Assembly: GCA_964187785.1 (NCBI GenBank)
Contig: OZ076409.1
Span: 33,110,001 to 33,174,000, forward strand
DNA length: 64,000 nt
From: Amphiscolops sp. MND2022
Lineage: Eukaryota
Direction of reading: 5' to 3'
Shown here piece by piece: positions 54,244 to 64,000 of the stretch (position 1 is its first letter; the number at the start of each line of letters is the position of its first letter). The translations under genes and the position numbers were made by a program. The notes under the pieces are model-generated. The model did not search any database. It saw nothing but the letters and a program-made list of their open reading frames with translations, and was not told the DNA's origin.

Positions 54244-54486
54244 ATAACGCAAAAAATGAGCGTGAACATGCAGTTTGGTCTGGTGAAAGATGGCAGGTAC
54301 GGGAGTGTTAATCCAGACACTGATGAGTGGAATGGCATGATAGGGGAACTCATTCGTGGGGATGCAGATGTCGCAATAGCACCCCTCACTGTGACGTTAA
54401 ACAGGGAAAGGGTCGTGAGCTTCACCAAACCTTTCATGCTCACTGAACTTGCGTTCGTTTACAAAAATCCTTCTCAACAAAGTTAG
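54244..54486 (+). CDS. Exon 2 of the iGluR-like gene: rest of S1, ending in TAG (or spliced at 54482)
   Basis: CTAAC branch point and CAG acceptor at 54241-54243. ITQKMSVNMQFGLVKDGRYG..WNGMIGELIRGDADVAIAPLTVTLNRERVVSFTKPFM..VYKNP is canonical AMPA/kainate-type S1 and joins exon 1 in frame. Confidence 0.88.
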   Translation: MTQKMSVNMQFGLVKDGRYGSVNPDTDEWNGMIGELIRGDADVAIAPLTVTLNRERVVSFTKPFMLTELAFVYKNPSQQS

Positions 54487-54840
54487 AAATTTTATAAAAC
54501 ATATTTAATTGTTGCGCAATCAAGAAAGAAACTCACACCCATTTTTGAGCTGCATTTATTTCTCTCAATCCCATAATTACAGTTCTTTCAGAATATGAGT
54601 ACGATGACGAAAAAAAAACAGAAGTATATTGAGTTTCAAATGTCAAAATGTTAACCTAACAAAACGCCCGCCGACCAGCGGGATATTTTACACCAAAACT
54701 GTTCTAGCAATAACATACTTTTAACGATCGAGAGTAGCCAATGCACTATGAAAACTCTGAGGAAGTTGGAAAAGAAAGAAGTTTGACACTTTTTGATTTA
54801 TCTTATCGCATTTTGAAATGAAACACTCAACTTACGATTA

Positions 54841-55045
54841 CCCGGGTTAAGATTGCAGGAATTTTTTTCATGCGCAGGCATGCACGCATGGATCATTTTT
54901 GATAAAGTTTAGAAACTTCAGGGACCCTGCATGGAAAATTTTGTAAAAAATTTCCTGCATCATGTAAAAACTTATAAAACTTCCCTGCATCTTAGAAAAT
55001 CTTGAAAAAATTTTCATGCGTTTTGAAACAAAAACCCTGCAGTCT
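54841..55045. mobile_element. Possible left end of another CCCGGG-type element
   Basis: TA|CCCGGGTTAAG followed by clustered CCTGCA/TGCATG repeats. No right end was found in the window. Confidence 0.3.
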
Positions 55046-55771
55046 GTACAAAATTGAAAAGGTTCAAGCAATTGGTAGAGAAAACTCTCGTGCAATTCAG
55101 ATCAAAAAGCCAAAAAATAGGCATCCCAAGAGAAACAGAACTGCTTATTCGGCGTCCACACCGCAGAATTGGGGTGACTATGATTTCTTTTCTTAAGCCA
55201 CATCACAAAACGTTCTCAGCGGAAAAAAATCTAAATTGAAGATTCAAAATAAACGACAATAATTGTACAACAAAAAAATTACAAAAAAACGGATATACAA
55301 AGAAATCGCAAATGACCAGAACTGACACTACAACAGATAGCAAAGTTCCCTTGTGCGGGTTGGGTGCAGACTCCTGCATCTTTAGGAAAGACTACAGGCG
55401 AAACTCGCTGAAACAAGCAGTGGTAAAGTTATTGGGCCAGCATTCACCTCACATAACTTGAAGGACTCAGAAACAACCGGAAATTGCAAAACTAGTATTT
55501 TGATATTAGGACCATATCGGCACAAATTTACGACTAATTTCACGGAAACTTCTACCGGAAAATCAATTCGAACTCATTGCCAAATAGTTTTTTGGAACAA
55601 TTTTTTCGAAACCTTAGAAGTTTCACCAAAAAATGAAAAGCTACATTTCACAATAAAAAAGCCGCAATGTATGAAGGAAATAATAATACTTAGATTTTTA
55701 AAACACGAAAGGCTGCAATCCCAAAGCGGAGATCCAAAAGTCCAAAACTGACACTAGACCAGATAGCAAGA

Positions 55772-57295
55772 CGTTATTCCACAAATATAGTGATTTTAGA
55801 CGTTATTCCCCAAATAGTTATTTTAGACGTTTTTCCACGAAAATAATGACTTTAGACGTTATTCTACCAGAATACGGTGACTTTAGACAATATTCTAGTG
55901 GAATACCGTGTTTTTAGATCTTATTCTACCACAAAATAGAGTGATTTTAGACGTTATTCCACAAAAATAGTGAGTTTAGACGTTATTGCCCAAAAAAATG
56001 ATTTTCGAAGTTGTTCCACAAAAATATTGATTTTAGACGGTATTGCCCAAAACAGTGATTTTAGACGTTATTCTGCAAAAATAATGATTTTAGACGGTGT
56101 TCTACAAAAATACGGCAATTTTAGACATTATTCCAGTAGAATACAGTGTTTTTAGATCTTATTCTATCAAAATAAAGTGATTTTAGACGTTGTTCCACAA
56201 AAATAGAGAGTTTAGACATTATTGCCCAAAAAATGATTTTAGAAGTTGTTCTACAAAAATATTGATTTTAGACGGTATTGCCCAAAAAGTTATTTCAGAC
56301 GTTTTTCCACGAAAATAATGACTTTAGACGTTATTCTACCAGAATACGGTGACTTTAGACATTATTCTAGTGGAATACCGTGTTTTTAGATCTTATTCTA
56401 CCAAAATAGAGTGATTTTAGACGTTGTTCCACAAAAATATTGATTTTAGACGGTATTGCCCAAAAAAGTGATTTTAGACGTTATTCTGCAAAATAATGAT
56501 ATTAGACGTTGTTCTACAAAAATACGGCAATTTTAGATATTATTCCAGTGGAATACAGTGTTTTTAGATCTTATTCTATCAAAATAGAGTGATTTTAGAC
56601 ATTATTCCACAAAGAAGTGATTTCAGACGTTATTCTACAAAAATACGGTGATTTTAGAACTTATTCTAGTGGAATACTGTGTTTTCAGATCTTATTCTAC
56701 CAAAATAGAGTGATTTTATACGTTATTCCATAAATATAGTGATTTTAGACGTTGTTCCCCGAAAAAGTGATTTTAGACGTTATTCTGCAAAAAAAAGATT
56801 TTAGAGGTTATTCTACAAGAATTCAGTGATTTTAGACATTATTCCAGTGGAATACAGTGTTTTTAGGTCTTATTCTACCAAAATAGAGTGATTTTAGACG
56901 TTATTCCACAAATATAGTACTTTTATAGACGTTAGTCCTCAAAAAAATGATTTTAGACGTTATTCCACGAAAATAATGATTTTAGACGTTGTTCCCCAAA
57001 AAAGTGATTTTAGACGTTATTCTGCAAAAAAAATGATTTTGAAGGTTATTCTACAAGAATTCGGTGATTTTAGACATTATTCCAGTGGAATACAGTGTCT
57101 TTAGATCTTCTTCTACCAAAATAGAGTGATTTTAGACGTTATTCCACAATTGTAGTGATTTTAGACGTTATTCCCCAAAAAAGTGATTTTAGACATTATT
57201 CCATAAAATTATTGATTTTAGACGTTATTCCACCAGAATACGGTGATTTTAGACATTATTCTGGTAAAATACAGTGACTTTGGACGTTAATCCAA
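55772..57295. repeat. ~28-30-bp minisatellite (GTGATTTTAGACGTTATTCCACAAAAATA-like) with recurring multimer pattern
   Basis: About 50 tandem units. The variant TTTTAGATCTTATTCTACCAAAATAGAG recurs periodically. Confidence 0.92.
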
Positions 57296-58016
57296 TAAAA
57301 TGAAGTTTCTGGGTCTTTTTTTGAAAAAGAAGTCATAGAAATGAAATACAATGTCCCAAAATTTAACTGAATTTTTCGGATTAGAAGTTTTCATTTCCGA
57401 AAAATTTGTTGATTTTTCCTCACGAAAAACACGTAATTTTTCAACTCATGCGGACGACTTCAACAGAAACGCTCGCAAAAACCATTAATAATCCTTCTCG
57501 TCAGTTTGTCATATTTTCTGAAAATATTTGACGCTGAAAAGGTTGAAAAAATAATTCAAACTTCAACCAATCAAAACAGCCTAATTTTAATTTTCTGTTT
57601 TAAAGTAGTTCCCTAAAAATGCCGTCTAGAACTTTGTTAAGGAATTGTTTTTGTTTCTCATAACCCGAAAAGTGATAAATATTGCCTATTCCGACAGTTT
57701 TCATCCATGAAAAAAGTTTTTACATCGAAAAAAATTCCAGTAATACGAATTTGTTTGCCACACTGGCACACGTGAAAATTTTGTTTACATCCTATGTTAG
57801 CGTCAGCACTTATAAAGTTTGAGGTTTTCCCCGCAAAAACATGGATTTCGGGGGATTTTTTCTTGAACTTCCTTGATGTTGCTCTGAAAACCCGCCAAAT
57901 TGTATAGGAATCATAATAAAACCTGTAGAAATAGCATTGCATCAGGAAAATACTTTAGCAATAATGATTTTCCATGAAACTCCTAAAATCATGCTAAAAG
58001 TGTTTGGCAACCTATA

Positions 58017-59759
58017 TGTCGCAGGCTGCCGCCTGTGATGGCACTAGGATTACAACTACGACGTCCGGACAAGAAGCCGTACCCGGCACTTTACCTATAA
58101 GTTAAATTTAACATGAAGGATAAACTCTTGCTTTATATCTATATATTATCATGTTTTGTTTTATATACGGTTATTATTAGTCTGTTAAAAGTACTGTTCA
58201 ATTAGCCAAATCCAATAGTTAAAGTTTAGTAATTAGATGCTGTGTATGAATTGAAGCAACGTTGGTAAAATACAATTATACGGCAGTGAAAGAAACGAGT
58301 TCAAGTGACGCAACGCACTGTTCCGGAAGCGTCACTTGAGCGCGTAGCCTTAGTCAATCAGGGTGCAGTGTTTGTTGTATTAAAATATACCTGATTAATG
58401 GCCTAATAAGGTCCTTTGACGTAATCACACAGCGCGTAACTGGTACCTTAGTCAAACGGCCAGTTCTGGCCACTTCATGTATTCGGTCCTTTAATACCAG
58501 TTATTTCTTTGATTGATTAAAACTAATGCGCTAGTTCTATGTAACCACTCTAATGAAAGGTTAACTTTCATTGTCTTGGACTTGATACATTGAGACAATT
58601 AAGGACGTTTGACCTATCTTTGATGATGATTACTTGGCATTGAGGTAATTCGCCTATTCAGGCTCAATTGTGCAGAATGCTGTATTTTCTATACAAAGAT
58701 GCTTTGTCCTAATCTGTTTTGTCCAGCGCAGTATTAAACTTAGTCGGATAAACTGTGACTCCACATAGACGCATGCAGATAACCATTCATTTTGAGCTGA
58801 GCTTGATTTGACAAGGGGACTTGGGCGCAGTAGGAAATATTTGTTTACATTTTTGAAATTAGTAGATTTGTTGATGTAGGTTAATTTGTTTGAAGTTGCA
58901 GCTAATGTTTTGACATTCAGTGAAATGTTGTTGTTGTGATTCCCGAGGAATGTGTGACTTAAAGGGGATGTGCAAGGTCACGCTTTTTGGTATGTTATTT
59001 TACCCGCGTATAATGTAAAAAATGCGATTGTCACCCTCTCAGGAGTATATATACCGGTGTTTTCCTGAGAGGAATTAATTCTGAATTTTGCTATCTACTG
59101 TTCAGTTTGCTAAAAATATTCATTAGAAGTGTACCGTATAAACTCCGTTTTCCAATCAAGACAATTCATTATTTTGCTTGGATTTTCTTCGATGCTTACT
59201 ACTGGAAAACAGAAGAAAGCTAGAAAGACTATAGGACTTGAAAAGCTCTCAGACATTGAAAATTTTGATGTAATGCTTGGAGGAAATCACTTTAGTGATG
59301 TAGATAGAGGGGAAAGCCTAAACAGCAACTTAGTCGGAAGGCCTGAAAGTGCTGTCAGCAATAATCTTGAAAAAGAAAATGGGGAAATGTGCTCAAACCG
59401 TGACTCAGGTGTTAATGCAGATTGTGGGCAAAATTCCGCAAGTGGAAATTTCAGTGCTGAGATAAATAGACTATCAAGTGAATTGAACTCAAGGTTATCA
59501 AGAGAATTAGACGAGATCATGGGTAGTGATAATACTCAGATCCAAAGGGCTATTAGTGACGCAATAAGTAATCAGATATTGCCTCAGATTCGAACTGCCC
59601 TAAATGCCGGATCAGGCCATTTGACACAAAATAGGTGAAACGTTCCGTCTGGGAGACCGGAAATTAATTCCGAGGAAACTTATGGTGAGAAAGCCAAGAA
59701 AAATACTAGATCTGAGCAGCGTACTGATTACCAAAATGGTAACTTGCGTGCTTACCGCA
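58017..59759 (+). mobile_element. Solo LTR (1743 bp), TG...CA, 5-bp TSD CTATA
   Basis: CTATA|TGTCGC at 58012-58017 and CCGCA|CTATA at 59755-59764. Both flanks carry a TAAAATCATGC..AAAAGT repeat, consistent with insertion into one locus. Confidence 0.72.
59192..59759 (+). pseudogene. ORF inside the solo LTR (gag N-terminus-like, helical/coiled-coil), one internal stop
   Basis: MLTTGKQKKARK..SAEINRLSSELNSRLSRELDEIMG..IQRAISDAISNQILPQI. After the TGA at 59636 the same frame stays open to the LTR end. Confidence 0.5.
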
Positions 59760-61675
59760 CTATAAAATCATGCAAAAGTTTCAAACAGTTTCAACTAGGG
59801 TACGCTAAAAACCTACTTCTTCGTTGTACTTGTTTGTTAAACTGTGTGGGTTTCAGTATATACGTAAATGTTCGAGAGTATGCAGCCCAAATGCCAAAAA
59901 TATGTAAAACGAAGAAAAAATCAAGCATTAAACGCAGCACCATAGTCCTCGAAAAAGATGGTTCCTTTAACACAATTTTTCATGGATAAAGCTACCTTCT
60001 GAATTGGAAAAAAATAGGTAATTGAAGGTTGGTTTTTCAAATTTTGAATCTTCACGCTTCTCGATACACTCATGTTTGTCAAAAAATTGTGAAAAAAATT
60101 GTTCAAACTAGCCATATAGATTTCAAATAACGTCTAAAAAACGCTGTTGATAACGTCTAAATTAGCGATTCCATAATCACCACAAACGCACAAAGCGCTA
60201 ACACAAAACGTTTTTTTTACTTTTTCTGGTTATTTGTCATGCAAAAACGAAAGACGACGGGAACGTATGAAGTCGGCGCTATACTTAAGGCCCCAAAACG
60301 CAAACTCCCAAAAATATGCTAATGGAAAACACAAATAAGAGTCGAAACACCCAAAGAGTGCCTCGGAAACCGCTTCAAAAGTTCAAATACAACGTGCTCG
60401 ACCACATGGGATGTTTGTTTGAACATCGGCCTTCTCCTTAGTAAAACGCAATTTATTTCGGATATAAGGTCAGAATTCGGATATAGCGCAATCAATTCGA
60501 CCACATCAGCTTCCTTCGGTGGCAAAAAAGCAATTTACTTTGGCTATAACGTCGAAAATTAGGAAAAAAAATTGAAAAACTTACTGTTGCATAAATACGG
60601 AAAAAATATCAGAAAAATAACAATTTTGAACAGTCTCATAGTGCCAAAAATACAAGAGGGAAACTTTGGGATTTTTCATTATCTAGTCCATTGCAAAAGA
60701 TCCAAAACAGTAACAGGGGACGTTTTTGAAACACTTCAATGTCATGAAACAATTTTAGGTAGACACAGTAGTAAAAGTACGTGGTGGCATTTTAAGCGGG
60801 TGGTTGAGTGAGTAACCAAATATGGTCATAAGGCGGACAACGAAATGAGGTCATGATTGCGAGACGATGACGTAACCGAACGTCAAAAATTATCATTCAC
60901 GGAGAGCTGACTAGAAAGCGAAACAAAAATACACAACCTTGAAAATACGAGCCTTGTGATTTTTTGTTGATATTTCAGGGCAATGAAATGTAAGTTACTT
61001 ACCCTCAAGTGCTGGAAAGCAAAAAATGGAAGGAATAGTTTGTTAAGAATGGAATTTGCGGCCGGATGAAACGAATTAAGATCAAAAAAAGTGCTTTCAT
61101 CTACTAACGTTGAAATGAATGTGCTTCTACTTACTTTCTCTTGATGCTAGTAATCTTTATTGATGCGTGATTTCTTTGCATATATATTCCCTGAAGTTAC
61201 CTTAATTTGCGTAATTATTAAAAGTCTTTTTCATTCCAACCATCAACCATCAAAAGTGTCACTACATTTACTTTACGCTATATTTTCACACCGAGAAATA
61301 TGAAAATGTGACCTGCAAATTGAGAAAATTGCAAAAAAAAATGCTGCAAAAGGCAATGAATCTGGGATTTGAGAGTGGGTGAAATATTGCTGTACCGCGT
61401 AAATTTTTTGAAAAAAGTATGAAAATTGGATTGAAAAGTTTTGGGGGAAAAGTCGCACAGTGCCAAAAAGAAAGCAAAATGGCGTCTTCTGACACTTTAA
61501 CTGTTTGCTAACAAAGATGTCTAACCCCCATCAGACATCGAATCGACGACTGTTTGCTAGATAAGTGTGCGTTTCCACTGGTTTTCAAATCTCTGGGGTT
61601 TGAAACTGTTAACAAGACGGAAACGTCAAAATTCGGCGCTGTAGCTAAAGATCAAAAAGATTGACACTACACCTT

Positions 61676-61759
61676 TCCTCCTCCTCCTTACTCCTCCTCC
61701 TCCTCCTCCTCCTCCTCCTCCTCCTCCTCCTCCTCCTCCTCCTCCTCCTCCTCCTCCTC
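61676..61759. repeat. (CCT)n microsatellite
   Basis: Direct reading; one interruption. Confidence 0.97.
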
Positions 61760-64000
61760 AGTAAAATGCAAAATGTTTCGGATATAACGTCAAAATTTCC
61801 AGAAGTATTGGAAAAAACTTATTGTGGGTATATTTTGACAAAACTAAATTTCTGAATACAAACATCGAAACAGTCTCCAAGTGACAAAAAATGTAAAAGG
61901 GAAGATACTTTGAGCTTTTCGAACTGCATTTCGTTGCAAATTATCAAAAAAATTAAAGAGGACCTTTGGATACAAACGAACGTTGCAAAAGAAGTCGCGC
62001 AGTGCTGAAAAACTTCAAAAGGGGGACCCTACAGTCTTCTCCATTATTATATCTCACGTTATCACGTTAAAAATGGATTGAGTGAACGACGGGGGAGCCT
62101 TTACACTAAACTAGAGCTGCGTTTCCGCTGCCGGTCGAGTAGTTTAGTAGTTCTGTAAAAAGTGAGCGCTACGCATTCATTCCCTGACGAAAGAAGAAGA
62201 AAAAAAGTTGTGACTATATTAGTCGGGCTTTTTCCTCTAGAAGAAAATGCGCCGACTAAAACGGACTGTTGAGGAGAAAAGGTCATCCTCGGCTAGACGT
62301 ATTTACCAGTACCTGCTAAAAAGACAATACCCTTCAAGGTTACCATGAAGTGTGCTAGCATACAATACGTTTACATTGAATACGATACACTTGCTTTTGT
62401 TCATTACTACCGATACAATTTTATATCATTTCTCTTGGGAAATCTCTCCTTTGGTCAATTACACGGACCATTAGCATACTTTCTGTTATCTTTAAAACAT
62501 AGAAAATCGATCGTTTTCGTAGTCGAGAACATTTTCCTTCGAATTACGAGCAGTTCCGGATTCATAGACAGGTAAAATTAACAGAGATACAACCAAAGAA
62601 AACGAGTCCTCTCGGGTCAAGTGAAACTTTTCATGCATACCATTCGGTCTCAGAAAATTGCTCCCGAAAGTGAAATTGACATCAGCCGTAACGATCATTT
62701 GGACATCTTCACTTCATCTTCGGTTCAATTTCTAATTGAAATATGATGTGACTGTCTGAGTTGGAAGTTAAACCTTACGTTGTTAAGCTATTGAGATGTA
62801 ATTGAAGGCGACGATTTTGAAACTTTCAAAATCAACGATTGTTACATTTATTGATTGACTTTCTAGTAACCCATCAGATAAGATTAACTGAGTTGTAAAG
62901 GTTTTTTGTTTCATCTTTGAGGTAATTTGGAAAGTTTCCAAAACGAGTCGAGACCTTCATTTGTTGCTGAAACAAAATGGGGAGATGTGGAATTATAGTT
63001 GCTTGCCATCCATAACAAGAGATACAATTGCTCGACCTGACTCTTGTTGCACTGATGAAACAAATTCGTTAGGATTCAAAATAGTCATTATTGAAGAAGT
63101 CATTATAGGTGCATGTTCTTCATTGTTAAAAGCACCTTTGAGATTGAGACTATGAAATGACGTTGCATGTGAAACAAGACGTTGTCTACTGAAAAATCAA
63201 AAACCCACTTCTGACTTATGTCTTCAGGTGTTTCAAATTGCCAACGCGCATCCTTTTACGAAACGAACCGCAGACATCAAGTGGCTAGGAATTTATGTTG
63301 GTGTGCTTAACACAAGTAATGAGAAGGTCTTAACCTAACATGGTTGGGTCTAAAATTGTTATTTCAAAAAGTGAGCTTCCAAGCTTAATGATATTTTTAT
63401 TGAATCATTACTTAAAAAGCAGCAAGAATAAAACGTGAAAAATTATGTCCTCTGTTACCATCCAATGTTTACCAAATATAATCTGAAAATTTACCGGGAC
63501 TGTTATGATTCTGAAAGTAAAATCCGAAACGAGATTCTAAATGTGCTGCGCATTGTTATGTTTTCTTTTGATACTATCAAAAGTTCATCTTATGATTTGA
63601 AATCTTTTTTAAAAAATATTAGAAGAACAAACAAACAACTAATGTTTTCATGAGATACAACCCCTATTTTCCCAGAAAATTCGCTGATTGCAGTAAAAAC
63701 TTAAGAAGCCTATAACTCAGTATACAAAACCTCTGAAAAATTAACACTCTGCAATATTGTTCAACTGATAAACAACGAGGTGAACTTGGAATTAAATGCA
63801 TCGAAACATGTATAAAATCCACAATACAAAGGACGGTAAAAATATTTTCGAACCTTAAAAAAGTAGCCAGAAACGATTTTGAAAAATCAGAAAAAAACGA
63901 GTATTGAAACTTTATCTTTTGACATGAATAAGTTCGTAAACTGTGTTTACTTAACATCAGAAAATGATTTTTTTCCAATGTTGTTCGACGCAGGAGTTTA

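Noticed and set aside
60973..60995. Micro-exon-like TTTCAG|GGCAATGAAAT|GTAAGT as exon 3 of the iGluR-like gene
   Set aside because: It gives an almost immediate stop in the required phase and has no iGluR similarity. Splice-like motifs alone are insufficient.
61661..61855. Poly-Leu ORF resembling a signal or transmembrane peptide
   Set aside because: It is a translation of the (CCT)n microsatellite.

Overview
Eukaryotic (invertebrate-like), AT-rich, almost entirely repetitive DNA. Bases 472-20505 are a tandem satellite of about 28 hairpin-rich ~720-bp monomers with higher-order structure, and an LTR end abuts it on the left. Two related, decayed minus-strand Gypsy/Ty3 LTR retrotransposons follow: a fragment at 20.5-27.0 kb and a near-complete element at 37.8-52.1 kb. 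Both carry an accessory ORF after integrase that I read as two tandem, degenerate TARG1/OARD1-like macrodomains. The first element has a further ORF with SGNH-hydrolase-like motifs, and the second appears to have a pseudo-protease in tandem with its protease. Also present are several non-autonomous CCC...GGG DNA transposons with 2-bp TSDs (one hosts the Gypsy element), a decayed LINE, palindromic minisatellites, and a 1.74-kb solo LTR with a 5-bp TSD that contains a long ORF. The only host gene seen has two exons and encodes a signal peptide fused directly to the S1 ligand-binding segment of an ionotropic glutamate receptor, with no ATD and possibly no channel. All domain calls are by-eye motif comparisons; no database searches were run.
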